A stretch of 41,827 nucleotides of DNA from Aduncisulcus paluster (taxonomy: Eukaryota), in the NCBI GenBank assembly GCA_024181965.1, contig BQXS01012524.1:1-41827 (forward strand), in the 5' to 3' direction. Of this stretch, positions 1-12,100 are shown piece by piece. The position numbers were made by a program, and so were the translations under genes. Position 1 is the first letter of the stretch, and every line of letters starts with the position of its first letter. Below the pieces are notes generated by a model. That model saw nothing but the letters and a program-made list of their open reading frames with translations. It did not search any database and had not been told where the DNA came from.

Positions 1-643
1 CATCGACATGGGTATTCTATTGTTATTTTGCTTTGTTTGTTGCTCTTTTTGTTGTTTTCCTGTTGGAGCTCTTGTATTCTGTTGTTTGACATTTGTGTAT
101 TCTCCCCAAAACAATTGATTAAACAATATCACTCGTTTTATTATCCATTGCCATTTATTTGATGTATATTTCTATTTTGAATCGATTTGTACCCTTAAAT
201 GCCCATCCTGTGCAGTCTCTCCAAGATTCTGGATGAAATTTGACAATTTCCTGCTGGAGCAAGAAAACTGAGAAGTGAAATAGAATTAAATATAATCACT
301 TTTATTGTGCTAATAATTATCCGTTTCCCTAACCTCGCCAGAATATTCCATCCAATATACTATTCTATACATCTTCTCCAATCTCTACAAACCACACTTC
401 CTCGGCAACATGAATCCCTGCGGCTCTTTGGCAAATACGATAAGCCTCCAGAATATATCCAGAAAGCTCAGATATAATCATATTCTTTCGAGTGATCCAC
501 ACAAGACGATCGCAAGGTTTGACTCTCCTTTCTTCGTGAACATTCAAACCCACAAGACTCAGTGACGCGTTGATCCACGCCCACTCGCCAACAAGGTGTG
601 ATGGAAGGCAGGCAAGTGGGGCCAGATCGTTGAGTTCTTTGAA
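1..643. repeat. Dispersed repeat segment (3' end of the 1086-aa ORF plus its downstream DNA), shared with 17786-18428 and 39937-40579; runs off the left window edge
   Basis: Near-identical sequence from catcgacatggg to gagttctttgaa at all three loci, with only a few substitutions. Confidence 0.97.
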
Positions 644-3595
644 TGCAGACTTTGTACGAGAATAAACATCGCGGATTAGTGGAATCATTTCTGTGTTAGG
701 TGGAAGAGTGAAATGGAATTGTTCATCTTCAGATGCTTTTTCTTCTTCACCTTCTTCTCCCATTTCCTCATCTTTTTCGGGGATGAAGACCTTTTTATCT
801 GCCTTTTCGATCATCTCTTCTTCTTGTTTCATCAACATTGGGTTCACAATGGTCCGATTTATCAGGAATCTCCAAATGAAAGGATCATGAGATATTTTCG
901 TGAAAGATGATGTTTCATAATTCTCGCCTCTCTCTTCCTTCTTCTTCGGACCATTATTTATCTCGAAACAACGGTGGAAGAGAGAAGCAAATGGGAACGC
1001 CCCTTTAATATATAAAACATCTCTTGACTCTTTTGAAACGGTTGGGGTATCACTTTTGCTGTCAGTTGTTGTCATTTCTTTGTCAGCCCTCATTTTCACT
1101 CTAATCGCCTTGAGCTCTTCACGGAACTCAGTCCAAATGACATTCATGCGATTGAAAATAGATGATAAATTTGACTGAAGAAATGATATTCCATCTGAAG
1201 GACCCTCTGTAACCCCGTGGAAAGGGAAACTAGATCGATTGACATAAAAAAGCAGTGAAGCAGGGGAAAAAGAGCATATTTTCGGTCTGTACGTTCTGAT
1301 ACTAGGTGTATCATGTGGTTTGAGACATTGTTCAACATGAAAATATCCATATGCGATACAATGATCAGCATTATTAGGAGATTGATCAAAAGATGACGGA
1401 GAAGCGTATGGCATCTTAGCAATTAGAGAAGAATTATAAGAATAGAGATGGAATCGTACCTGTTCCCACAAAAGTCTCGACATTTGAGTCAAACAACGGG
1501 AAAATAGGGCTTTCCATTCAGCTTCAAGATCATCCGTCCACCAAATACAATTCGATTGAGTGAGGGAGTAATACTCACTCAAAATAAATCGAAGAATTAT
1601 GAGTTGTCGAATTCGGAAGAACAAAGCAACAAAATCTCCAGAAACAATGATATACTGTTTGTCCAAATCTTTGAACAATGTAATAAAATAAGAATAAGAT
1701 TCATTAAATGACTCAATTCCCTTGATAAATTTCTTTGAAGGTGCATCAGATTGAAGAAAATGATATAATGGGAACAAATGAGAAAGTTTGAATGGTATAT
1801 TTTTAGATTTGGGCAAAGATAGATAAAAAGTTTGATAAAATCCAGGCGAAGACAGAGCATATCTATTTGGAGATACAATAACAGAAGATTTTTGAGGGTT
1901 ATTTGTAAAATACGAACTAAATAAATCAACATTATCTTGTTTTGATGGAATATCACTATCAGACAAAGACATTGACAAAAGAGGATATAAATCATTGAAG
2001 GTAGAAATGGTTTTATGAACAATTTTTGGATCACCAAGACACAAATAATCATCATCTTCTTCCTCCTTTTCTTCCTCCTCCTCTTCTTCTTCTTCTTCCT
2101 CCTCCTCTTCTTCTTCTTCCTCTCCTCCTTTCTCTCCTTCTTCCTCTTCCTTTGTGACGAGTAATTGTTGTATGTCTTTTCCCCTCGTCATCTGTGTGAT
2201 CTCAGCCAACACAGCAGCTTGTGAGAGAATGTCTGCACCGTCCATTGCACTGGAGATATCATCATCAAGAGGAACAATAAGATTGTAATCAATTAAAAGC
2301 TTCATATACTCTCGGGATATCGATTCGTTAGATCCGAGAACAGACATATCACGCCGAAATGAAGTCACAAAAGAGGAAACATCTTTGCTACGTGAGTCAA
2401 GGATAAAATTCTCATTTTCATCGATAAAATATCGGCTCGAAACGTTGATACCGGCAATATCTTTCGTCTCTACCTGCATCTTTAACACCCAAGCACACTG
2501 GTCCAAGTACTCTTCCCTATTGAACTCGGAATCGCTAGAGGGCACGTTTTGAAGGAACTGGAGGTCCCAAGTACCCGGAGAATATGGTCGAAGTGAAAGA
2601 CAATGCGCAACGATAGCACCAGTAACACGGACAGGTGTCACGATGGAAGAAGAGGGAGAAGAAGAGGAGGAGGAAGAAGACTTGGTGGTGGGGGGGTCTG
2701 ACTTAACAGGGTAGATTTGGGAAGCATGTTTTTCTGTTGCCGATTCAATGTGTTGAGATCTCGATAGTTTTTCTTCTTCTTCTTCTTTTTCTTCTTCTTC
2801 TTTTTCTTCTTCTTCGTCTTCATCCTTCGGAACCACTCTGAGGAGAAGTATTCGAGAGCCTCGAGATATGACATCACGCCAATATGGCATTGACGATGTT
2901 GTTGGAGCAATAATGGCGGAAGCTGTGACATAAGGAGTTCTTGAGAGAGAAAGAGGGGAGATGGGAGAGATAATCGAGGAGTCGGGGAAGGTCATGGGTG
3001 CATCATGGAGATGGGGTGGGCGGAATGCGGTTTTGAGAAGAATTCCTCTGGTGGAAATTAGTTTGGGGGCATTTTTAAAGGAAAATACAACCTCAGATCC
3101 ACAAACGGATAGGTGGGGTGATACACTTCGTATAGTTGATGAAATAAAAGAAATTAACGATTCTCTCATTTTTTCGTGTAGAATTAGGGATTTCTGATGG
3201 AAATTATTCCCAATTTTAGAAATAAAGGGAGTATGATTGGTATCTGACATGGGAAATATATTGGCAACATCACTATGAATACAATAATGTAAATTTTTGT
3301 TTAATGTTTGCGATATTTTATATATTAAATTTGCATTTTCGGCAATAAATGAAAATAATACTGAACGATCATCACTAAATACTGTTGTTCCACTTATAAC
3401 ACTAGCTAGAGCTAAAATATGTTTAGAAGAAAAGTTTTTAAACATTTTTTGCAACGATGGAATTGATTTAAACTCTTCTAATGGCGATAAAGGAATTCTT
3501 TTGGCAGACTCCCCATATGTTGGAATAAATGAGATGAGAATTGTTTTAAATAAATAAAATCGTTTACAAATGTTATTCCAAGATGATAATAACAT
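365..3595 (-). CDS. Hypothetical protein (~1076 aa) with poly-Glu and poly-Ser tracts
   Basis: Long ORF; the track starts at TTG 3625 and the first in-frame ATG is at 3595. No recognised domain. The last 93 codons lie in the repeat segment. Confidence 0.85.
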   Translation of the reverse strand: MLLSSWNNICKRFYLFKTILISFIPTYGESAKRIPLSPLEEFKSIPSLQKMFKNFSSKHILALASVISGTTVFSDDRSVLFSFIAENANLIYKISQTLNKNLHYCIHSDVANIFPMSDTNHTPFISKIGNNFHQKSLILHEKMRESLISFISSTIRSVSPHLSVCGSEVVFSFKNAPKLISTRGILLKTAFRPPHLHDAPMTFPDSSIISPISPLSLSRTPYVTASAIIAPTTSSMPYWRDVISRGSRILLLRVVPKDEDEEEEKEEEEKEEEEEKLSRSQHIESATEKHASQIYPVKSDPPTTKSSSSSSSSPSSSIVTPVRVTGAIVAHCLSLRPYSPGTWDLQFLQNVPSSDSEFNREEYLDQCAWVLKMQVETKDIAGINVSSRYFIDENENFILDSRSKDVSSFVTSFRRDMSVLGSNESISREYMKLLIDYNLIVPLDDDISSAMDGADILSQAAVLAEITQMTRGKDIQQLLVTKEEEEGEKGGEEEEEEEEEEEEEEEEEEKEEEDDDYLCLGDPKIVHKTISTFNDLYPLLSMSLSDSDIPSKQDNVDLFSSYFTNNPQKSSVIVSPNRYALSSPGFYQTFYLSLPKSKNIPFKLSHLFPLYHFLQSDAPSKKFIKGIESFNESYSYFITLFKDLDKQYIIVSGDFVALFFRIRQLIILRFILSEYYSLTQSNCIWWTDDLEAEWKALFSRCLTQMSRLLWEQVRFHLYSYNSSLIAKMPYASPSSFDQSPNNADHCIAYGYFHVEQCLKPHDTPSIRTYRPKICSFSPASLLFYVNRSSFPFHGVTEGPSDGISFLQSNLSSIFNRMNVIWTEFREELKAIRVKMRADKEMTTTDSKSDTPTVSKESRDVLYIKGAFPFASLFHRCFEINNGPKKKEERGENYETSSFTKISHDPFIWRFLINRTIVNPMLMKQEEEMIEKADKKVFIPEKDEEMGEEGEEEKASEDEQFHFTLPPNTEMIPLIRDVYSRTKSAFKELNDLAPLACLPSHLVGEWAWINASLSLVGLNVHEERRVKPCDRLVWITRKNMIISELSGYILEAYRICQRAAGIHVAEEVWFVEIGEDV

Positions 3596-3669
3596 TGAAA
3601 AATTTCCCAAAGGAATCAAAAACAATAATCATAGTCTGTGGGTGAAACAAATAATTCATATTCAGCATA
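3596..3669. promoter_or_regulatory. Very short head-to-head intergenic region, probable bidirectional promoter
   Basis: Only 74 bp separate the divergent ATGs at 3595 (-) and 3670 (+). Confidence 0.45.
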
Positions 3670-5184
3670 ATGATTGATTTATTATATACATACAAAGAGG
3701 ATGAAAATAATATTTATTTAGATATCAAAATGCCACCGGGTTGCAATGCACATAATTTTGATATTACATGTACGGAATCATATTTATCCGTAAATTGTTT
3801 ATCATCCAGGATAAATATTGATCTTTTTAAAACAATTGATGATGATGCAAGTGAAGTTACACTAACTAATGGGGAGGATGGATACAAACACTTAATATTT
3901 GTTATTGTCAAGAGAGAAAAGGGATTATGGGGGCAATTAAAGTACAAACCATCAGATAAATCATCAATATTTGAAAGAAGAGAGAAATCTATTTCAGAGC
4001 ATCAACAAACCCTCGCCAGTCGTGAGATCGCTCAAGATGCTGAAATTAGTCGGGAAAAACGCCGTGACATCCATAGAGGAATCCAAGAACATTCATTTGA
4101 GAGAGATGAGCTCGCTGAAGCCAAAGCAAAAGAATATTTACATGCTATGGAGGAATTGCGGACAACTGATTCGCAGCAGGAAGATGTCTGCATCGACGTT
4201 GATTCTCTTTCATTTGCTCCTCCCCGTTTATGCTCAGAAACAGTTACTGCTGCTTTTCCTCAGATCACCAGTGATGGAATCCCAAGTGCTATTGCAAGGG
4301 GCTCTCGATCTGTCATTAACCTTTCGGGAGGTAGTAGTTCCCAATCTCCAGATAAATCGTTGTCAAAAATAGCTAAAGATAAAGAAATTGAAAAAAATGA
4401 TAAAGAATCAACTAAATTCCAGCATTCTTCTCCATCAGGCAATTCTTCTGTGGGTGATGATTCTGGTGTTGAAACATCAGTTAAATCATCCAGCAAGCCA
4501 AGATCACGTGTGTTTAATGATCAACTATTAGCTAAAAAACAACCATACATTGAAAAACTGTCAAAACCCAGTGATCCAAGGAAAACTGTCACTCCAGCCG
4601 CCGAATTACTGGGGAGAGCCGTTAGATTCTCCCAAAATGGTGATAAACGTTCAGCTGTCTCTGCATTGGAACAAGTTCTCGTTCTTATTGATAAGAAACG
4701 AGCTGAGGATATGGAAAAAAGGGATAGAGCCATTCTCGATGGGGTTGATCCCGATAGAGTTGACGAGATGATGAGTCAAGATGATGATTTATATGTTCCA
4801 GTGATTTGTTCTGCCTTAGTTGCTTGTCTGATTCGTCTCCAAGAGATTGAGAGAGCTAAGCTGGCCGTCGATAGAGGAATAGAAGAAGTGTATCTTGGTG
4901 AGAAACAAGATAAAATTAAAGAACGAAAGATGAAACAGGCTGGAGAATATGAGAAATGGCAGGAACAAAATGCCCATCACACTCAACGCGTTAAGAGTGC
5001 GTTAGGCCTAATGCATGGTCAAAGAGCCATCATTTTGGCATCAAGCGAAGATTTTGAGGGAGCCTTTAAAGAAGCAGAACTGTGTTATAAGTTTGATAAG
5101 AGTGAACAAGCTAAGAATGATCTCGAAATGCTCAGGGCTGCTAAGGAACATGCTTCTCGAGTTAAGGGAGGGGAAGACAAATGA
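3670..5184 (+). CDS. DNAAF4: Dynein axonemal assembly factor 4 (DYX1C1) orthologue: N-terminal CS/p23 domain, coiled coil, C-terminal TPR-like helices
   Basis: N-terminus YTYKEDENNIYL...CTESYLSVN...IDDDAS...LIFVIVKREKGLWGQL matches the DYX1C1 CS domain pattern (CTENYLKVN...IDDESS...FTLYKKE..MWETL). It also has the APPR motif and TPR-like C-terminal helices. Confidence 0.85.
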   Translation: MIDLLYTYKEDENNIYLDIKMPPGCNAHNFDITCTESYLSVNCLSSRINIDLFKTIDDDASEVTLTNGEDGYKHLIFVIVKREKGLWGQLKYKPSDKSSIFERREKSISEHQQTLASREIAQDAEISREKRRDIHRGIQEHSFERDELAEAKAKEYLHAMEELRTTDSQQEDVCIDVDSLSFAPPRLCSETVTAAFPQITSDGIPSAIARGSRSVINLSGGSSSQSPDKSLSKIAKDKEIEKNDKESTKFQHSSPSGNSSVGDDSGVETSVKSSSKPRSRVFNDQLLAKKQPYIEKLSKPSDPRKTVTPAAELLGRAVRFSQNGDKRSAVSALEQVLVLIDKKRAEDMEKRDRAILDGVDPDRVDEMMSQDDDLYVPVICSALVACLIRLQEIERAKLAVDRGIEEVYLGEKQDKIKERKMKQAGEYEKWQEQNAHHTQRVKSALGLMHGQRAIILASSEDFEGAFKEAELCYKFDKSEQAKNDLEMLRAAKEHASRVKGGEDK

Positions 5185-5298
5185 TTTGGGGGATTTATTC
5201 AACAGATCACATTAAATATTAAATAAAATGATCCAATTGTTATTTTTTTTCGGATATTTTCGTGGAATAAAAATTTTCGGGCATTCTCGACTTCGGTG

Positions 5299-5682
5299 TT
5301 ATTTCTTCTTCCATATTTCTTTTTTAGCACGTTTTACCATCTTTTTAATCTTTTTATCCATTGATCTGGAACATATTTTGGCTTTCTTGTCAGCCATTTT
5401 GATCTTCAACGCTCTTCCTTGAAACCTCTTTCCATTCAAAGATTTCAATGCTAACATGGCATCTTTAATATTTGAAACATAAATGAATCCGTACTCCCTC
5501 GATTTCCTGGTTACTTTGTCATTGATAACGATTGCATCTAAAAATGACGGGAGATGAGAACTAGCAAAAAGAGCAAGAGTTTCTGATGTTACATTAGGAT
5601 GTAAATTTCCGATCCACAGTTTAATTCGAACAGAACCTAGAGATGGATTTGTTTCATGAGAAGGCTTTGGAGAATGAGACAT
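5299..5682 (-). CDS. Single-RRM RNA-binding protein, RBM42-like
   Basis: RNP2 LWIGNL and RNP1 REYGFIYV are present. PSFLDAIVINDKVTRKSREYGF resembles RBM42 PSFLKAKVIRDKRTGKTKGYGF, and the C-terminal tail is basic. The RRM call is secure; orthology is tentative. Confidence 0.8.
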   Translation of the reverse strand: MSHSPKPSHETNPSLGSVRIKLWIGNLHPNVTSETLALFASSHLPSFLDAIVINDKVTRKSREYGFIYVSNIKDAMLALKSLNGKRFQGRALKIKMADKKAKICSRSMDKKIKKMVKRAKKEIWKKK

Positions 5683-5704
5683 TTTAAAAATAAGTAGTTT
5701 CTTT

Positions 5705-5749
5705 CTAAATATTGAATAAATATAAGGATTAATATAATTAATGACTTAC
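5705..5749 (-). other. Candidate 45-nt spliceosomal intron in the 5' leader of the RRM gene
   Basis: Minus strand reads GTAAGT...AT-rich...TATTTAG, ending 22 nt before the ATG. Confidence 0.45.
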
Positions 5750-6133
5750 ACTTTCTTACTAATATGTTTAATGGGTGTCAAAAAAATCGAAAATCCGGAT
5801 TCATTCTTTATTGATATATAAGCTAATATTTCAATATCTCTTCGATAATAAATTATCAAAGTTTCCATTTTGACGGTTCTGAATTATGCGTTGATCCATT
5901 AACATATACTGGAATTTCCAGTTGAACTGAGTTCCATACAGCGATTCGCTGCATGATAATAATAATAATCTCATTTATTTTGCATGATATTTCAAATTAG
6001 CTAAAAAGAAGTGATTATTTATTCTAGCCCCCTCTTGATCGGAGCTCGAAAAAGAAATTTGAGTTTTCTGCACGAATCAAAAAAATAATTTTTTATTACG
6101 TCCATAAATTTTCTTTAATATTGTAATGTGTAT

Positions 6134-9100
6134 ATGAAATTTGAAAAACTTTCCATTGATAATTGTTTATCAAAGGGATTGACCATCGAGGGATTCCTCG
6201 AGGTTCCTCCATTCCAAACTAAGCTTGATATTATGTCCCATAATTTATACAAACCCATTTCTGATTCTATTTCTTTTATGAGTGATTTTTCTGATCCGTA
6301 TAGCATCGGGTCTCCATTTCCTTCCTTTTCTTTTTCAACCGATGGTGGGGATGAATTTGATTCCTTTCAAGAGACCATTGCAAGCAAAATAGCTCGGTCT
6401 ACAGCCTGGTTTATTGATGAATTCCATAGTGAGCGCCTATTTTCAATATTAGTCCAGGCACGTGCAAAAGAGGATTTAAAAGCTTGTCTTGGCTTATTTT
6501 TGATATCAAGATCGATATTCTATCATTGTACTTCTCCATTGCTGTCTTTATATACGTCAAATAGAACATTTGCTCGATATGTTCTCCAATCTTTCGAGTT
6601 CATTTCCCTCTCTTCCTTTCCATCATCTTGGCCAAGATATTACTCAAGAATGCGTAAGATTCGCAGTATAGCTACCGAATTAAGCAAGTATGGTGTATTT
6701 GGTAGGCTTCCAGATTGTCATTATCATTCTTCCAGAAGAATAAGCAAAAGATCCGATTTGTATGGAACTTTCGTACCAAAGTTTGATCAATATTCTTTAT
6801 CAACACCATCCAAATCATACAAGAAATCGAAATATTCCCAAAGTATTGTTAGATCTGATCGTCTCTATCCCTCAAAGTTCTCTGACACCCTCTCCCCAAT
6901 TCCACCCTCAAAAATACCGTATTACTCATCGCTCCAAGGCTGTGCTCCAGGCTGTACGTGCGAGTCTTTCTCCTCCCCTCACCCTTCTCTCTTGCTCCTC
7001 TCTTCCCTTTCGTCTCTCCTCTTCCTCTACCATGAGGTTTTATCAATGAGGAGCGATCTTTGTCTATCCACAAGAGCAGAAGAGGAAATACAAGCTCATG
7101 TGGACAAAGTTCGAAGTGAAAGTTTCAAAGANNNNNNNNNNNNNNNNNNNNTGACACCCTCTCCCCAATTCCACCCTCAAAAATACCGTATTACTCATCG
7201 CTCCAAGGCTGTGCTCCAGGCTGTACGTGCGAGTCTTTCTCCTCCCCTCCCCCTTCTCTCTTGCTCCTCTCTTCCCTTTCGTCTCTCCTCTTCCTCTACC
7301 ATGAGGTTTTATCAATGAGGAGCGATCTTTGTCTATCCACAAGAGCAGAAGAGGAAATACAAGCTCATGTGGACAAAGTTCGAAGTGAAAGTTTCAAAGA
7401 ACTACCTTGGGAACATGTCGGGAAAATCCTATTCAGGTTATGTATCAATTGTTCATCCTTGGCAGAGAAATATAGTACAAACAGAGCGAACTCAACTCAA
7501 AAATATAAAAGTTCACCATCATCTTTTGTTCAGTCAAATGATAATAATTATAATAATGCCATTGATTCTGATTTTGTTGGTTCATCTAAATATAGAACAA
7601 GAAATCCAGTAACATCAAAGTCATTATCTAAATATAGAATGAGTAACTCTGTTTCTATTTCTTCTGTCCCTGATCATCCTGATCATCAATCTCGACCTCA
7701 AGATGCTGTTTCTTCAGCAAACTTTTCTTCCTTGGACCATCAAGCGGCTGGGAGGAAGAGAAGGATGTCTGAATCACACTCAGCCTTTTCACATAAAATC
7801 CACCATGCACCAATTTCTCCATCTTCTTCAGATTCTAGGTACATAATTCATGATTCTGAAGAAGGAGAAGAAGAAGAAGAAGAAGAGAAAGAAAGGGTTG
7901 GTAGGACAATGGATCTTGTACAAGGGAGAAGGACAGATGGGGAAGGAGCGGGAGAAGGAGGAGGAAGTGGTGGTGAAGAGGAAGATGAAGAGGAGGAAGA
8001 TAGCCTTGGAAGGGAAATCGGAGTTAAAAGACAGGCTTTCGATTCCCTTGAAATGATGGCGGATGAGCAGAAAAAAGAATCCATCATCATTGCAGCTGGC
8101 GAGCAACACCAGTCTCCTTCTCTCAGATCCACAGTTTCTCAAGAATCTGCACACCATTCCTCAATTTCAAAGAGGGAAGAATTCTCATCAAACCAACCCA
8201 CAAGTGACGATGGCGTTTGTACTATTAATCGTCCTATTCAGATCCAAACAGTTGAGTCATTATCGTTATTCTCATTTAAAAACTTTCTTAAAACTTTCTC
8301 AAACCCTATTTTTAACCATAACCATCAAGGTGCTACTGTACAATCTTATGATGTTGAGTTACAAGATGGTGCTCGACATGAATTATCTATATTTGGAATG
8401 TCAGCCGGAGATAAATCAATATCAAATCCAATTGTTATGTCTGAACTGAAATCCACAGCCCATGATCTCGATCCCAATGGAATTGAATCTATTTCTGGAA
8501 ACATTTCATCTTCCCAACATCGTATTTTCTCTCCCTCTCCCTCCTCATTATCCTCCGCAAATACCTCCATCGTTAATTCTGAAGCCGAGCGCTATCGTTT
8601 TGAACCGAGAGAAGCAAAAGAACCGGTAGTGTTTGATAGTAGTCGTAGCTTTATAAGTCCTCACAAGGCTTCAATGAGTTCCTTGAAAAGTTGCTCATCG
8701 CTCTCTCTCTTTTCAAATTCAAAGATAAATTATGGATTATCTTCCCTCCTTCCTCTATTAAGAATGCTTATCTATGGCAGCGGCGGAAGGGAAGGAATGG
8801 ATAAGAAAGGATCATCGGAAACCACTGATACCTTTGGAGACAATAAGCTTGGCAGTAGTACGAATAATAATAATACTAATATCTCTACTGATGCTGGAGG
8901 AACCAGTAGAAAAGGGAATATTATCAGAGATCCTCTGCAACCTTCACAGGCCTCTCAACCTTTCGATACCCATTTTACTGATGACAAGGCTGTTAACCTT
9001 CATGTGACTTCGAAGGAACACTTAACTCATCAAGGGGAAGGGAAAGGCTTTAGTTCGTCGAATGTTAGTTCTTTCAGTGGGAATTTTGAGGGATATTTGT

Positions 9101-12100
9101 GCAGAATTCCCGATGAAAAGGAGGAACTTGAAAGAATAGCCAAACGAGAATATTCTATAGATGATGATGGTGATCGTATCAAACAAGCTAATGACCAAAC
9201 CCCCCATCATCATCACGCATCGGCCTCCTCATATTCTCCCATTTCAGTGTCAATGACAATGGTGCCATCATCGTCCCATCACATTTCACAGGCCAACCAA
9301 GGAAGAACAATCATTCAGGGAACGGGAATGACCACTGTTGGAGCAAGTTCATCATCAACAAATAGAACATCTTCTACATCTTCTTCTCATGGTGCTTCTA
9401 AAAATAGATATCTCGATCTAAAACGGGAGGAAGAAGATATGACATTTGAATCGGAATCTGATTTGAGTGAATCCACAATCCAAGTTATTCCATCTGGAGA
9501 GAAACAGTCTTTTTATGTGCGTGATAGAGGAAACGATATGATTGGAATTTCTCAAATGGAATCAATAATGGATATTAATAGAACCACAGATGTTTCTCAC
9601 CCATCAGTGACTGAGAAAGTGCAACTAACTCGTTTGAAGAAAGAACAGAAACGTATCAAGAAAGAANNNNNNNNNNNNNNNNNNNNACTGTTGGAGTAAG
9701 TTCATCATCAACAAATAGAACATCTTCTACATCTTCTTCTCATGGTGCTTCTAAAAATAGATATCTCGATCTAAAACGGGAGGAAGAAGATATGACATTT
9801 GAATCGGAATCTGATTTGAGTGAATCCACAATCCAAGTTATTCCATCTGGAGAGAAACAGTCTTTTTATGTGCGTGATAGAGGAAACGATATGATTGGAA
9901 TTTCTCAAATGGAATCAATAATGGATATTAATAGAACCACAGATGTTTCTCACCCATCAGTGACTGAGAAAGTGCAACTAACTCGTTTGAAGAAAGAACA
10001 GAAACGTATCAAGAAAGAAATAGAGAAAAGGAAAGGAAAAGGTTTAACCCTATCATCAGCCCGTAAAACCCATACTTTCTCTTCAATTGCTTCTCAAACT
10101 TCTAGTTCTTCTTCCTCTCCCTCATCTTCTCAGCAAAAACAACCACCTGATAGCCATAGTCAAGATTACCAGTCCATTCCTCATATTAGATTTATGAGAG
10201 ATAATAATAAGAAACCATCTCCTATCAGCGATATATCTCAAGCCCTCAAGCCTCCTATTATGGATGGTATGATCAGCGATATTCCCACATCAACATCAAT
10301 AGCGCACCATCCAACAATACATTCGAATACAACCTCTCCTTCCTCTTCTTCTCCTTCCTCTTCTTCTCCAAAGATTGTTCTCCCACAATACTCTATATCT
10401 GTGTGTGAGGCATGTATTTTTCTGTGTATATATGGAAAAGGAGACAAGGAACGAGAAAGTGGACGTGAGATGCTTCTTGAGGTTTGGGAGAGGGAAAGAT
10501 CGAGTATCGATGTTGTATGTAAAAATGTGCAGAGAAGAAGTTGGTGGAGATGGATTCAGAAGGAAATAGAGAAGGAAACCTCGATATCTCAATCAAGACA
10601 GCAAAATAACCTTTGTTATGCCAGGTCGTCGGAACCTCATAAACAACGAGAATCAACGAGAAGGGTTGGCCTTAAAAGTTCAGTATCTTCTCATTCCAGT
10701 TATAAAAATAGAAACGGAGAGTTATTATCCCACGCAAAGACGACAACTGTGGGAATTGTCAGTTCACCTGAAGGAATTGATCATTCCTGTGAAAAAACTG
10801 AAGAATCACAAATGAACGAAGTTTCTCAAAAAGGAGGTCTTAGAATTCCTCAAGATGAACCACCCCATGTTCATGAAGAATCAACAAGTTCATCTCAACT
10901 CCCCAATGAGAGTAGAAGGAAACTAAAAGATCAGAGAGATCACCATCCTCCATACTTAGGCCACAATAATAATAGCAATAATAGTAATACTGGTAATCAA
11001 AATATCTTTCCATTTTGGCAAGTTTCAATGCAAGATGAAGTTTCTCAATGGTTATCCAAGAACCTGGGTGAATACAAGAAAGAATGCTCACAATTGGAAA
11101 GTTTGAGAAACACGATTGAGGAAGAAGCTGAAGAAGAAGAGAGGGAACGACAAACATTTGACGATGTTCTGCGAAAAGAAGAGACGACAACGGAAAGCTT
11201 GACAACACAAGGTGCTTCACAGGAGGCAGATAAATTGGGATATCTTTCTCCTCAAGCTCTGATTGGTGAAGATGACCTCGGTGCTTCAAGTCTGGCAATG
11301 GACCCTCAAGAAGGAGTTTCACTCAGTCCTCGGCTCTCTCTGATGTTTGCTGACATTCATACCCAAGATATGACAGGATCTTTACCCTTCGATGGACCAA
11401 ATAATGGAGAGAAGGAGGAAACGACAGATTTAGATATTGAGAAAGAAGAATCTGAGACTGTATCAGGTCCTGGTATTTCCAGTAGTACCAAGCAAACCAG
11501 GAGAAACACTATATATTCCAAACGAAGGGCCCTTCAATCCAATATTATTCAAGATGGTGATCAATTGGACAAATATGTCCAGGATATTGTTTCAAAATGT
11601 GTTCCTCCTCTTCCTTCTTCTTCTTCTCCTCCTCCTCTTCTCCCCCCTTTCTCTCTTCTCTCCTCTTCTTCTCTATCTTCTGCGTTAGCGTCTGGAATAT
11701 TTGGTCTTTGCATATGGTGTATTATAAGGGAGATAGAGAGAGATTCATATGTCAGGAGAATTAACCAATTATGGACAGAATGGCATCACTCACACAAGAA
11801 ACAAGTCATATCCACCATAATTAAACAACATTTGCAGAATAATGGGAATAATCCTCAGTTTCTCAAATATTTTATAAATAGATTGACCAGTTTCAATCAT
11901 GGAAAGCAATCCAATGACCATTTAGATGATTATACTTTATTCAGAGAGAAGCCAAGTCAAGATAATCCCCATCAACATGGTGAAGAAGACTCTGCTTCAT
12001 ACCGTTCACCTCTCAAGCTCTCCCATTTAAGCACGAAACCATCTGGAACAACCCAACAAACAACATCCTCTGCTTGCTCTCCTTCTTGTTCCTATATTCC

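Noticed and set aside
1226-1237. gaaactagatcg matches the cassette junction, suggesting an internal deletion of the 365-3595 gene
   Set aside because: The match is only 12 nt and diverges at once. The 13-bp inverted repeat inside the cassette explains the junction better.
693-3557. Short antisense and alternate-frame ORFs here and throughout the window
   Set aside because: They are shadows of long genes and their GAA/TCT low-complexity tracts.
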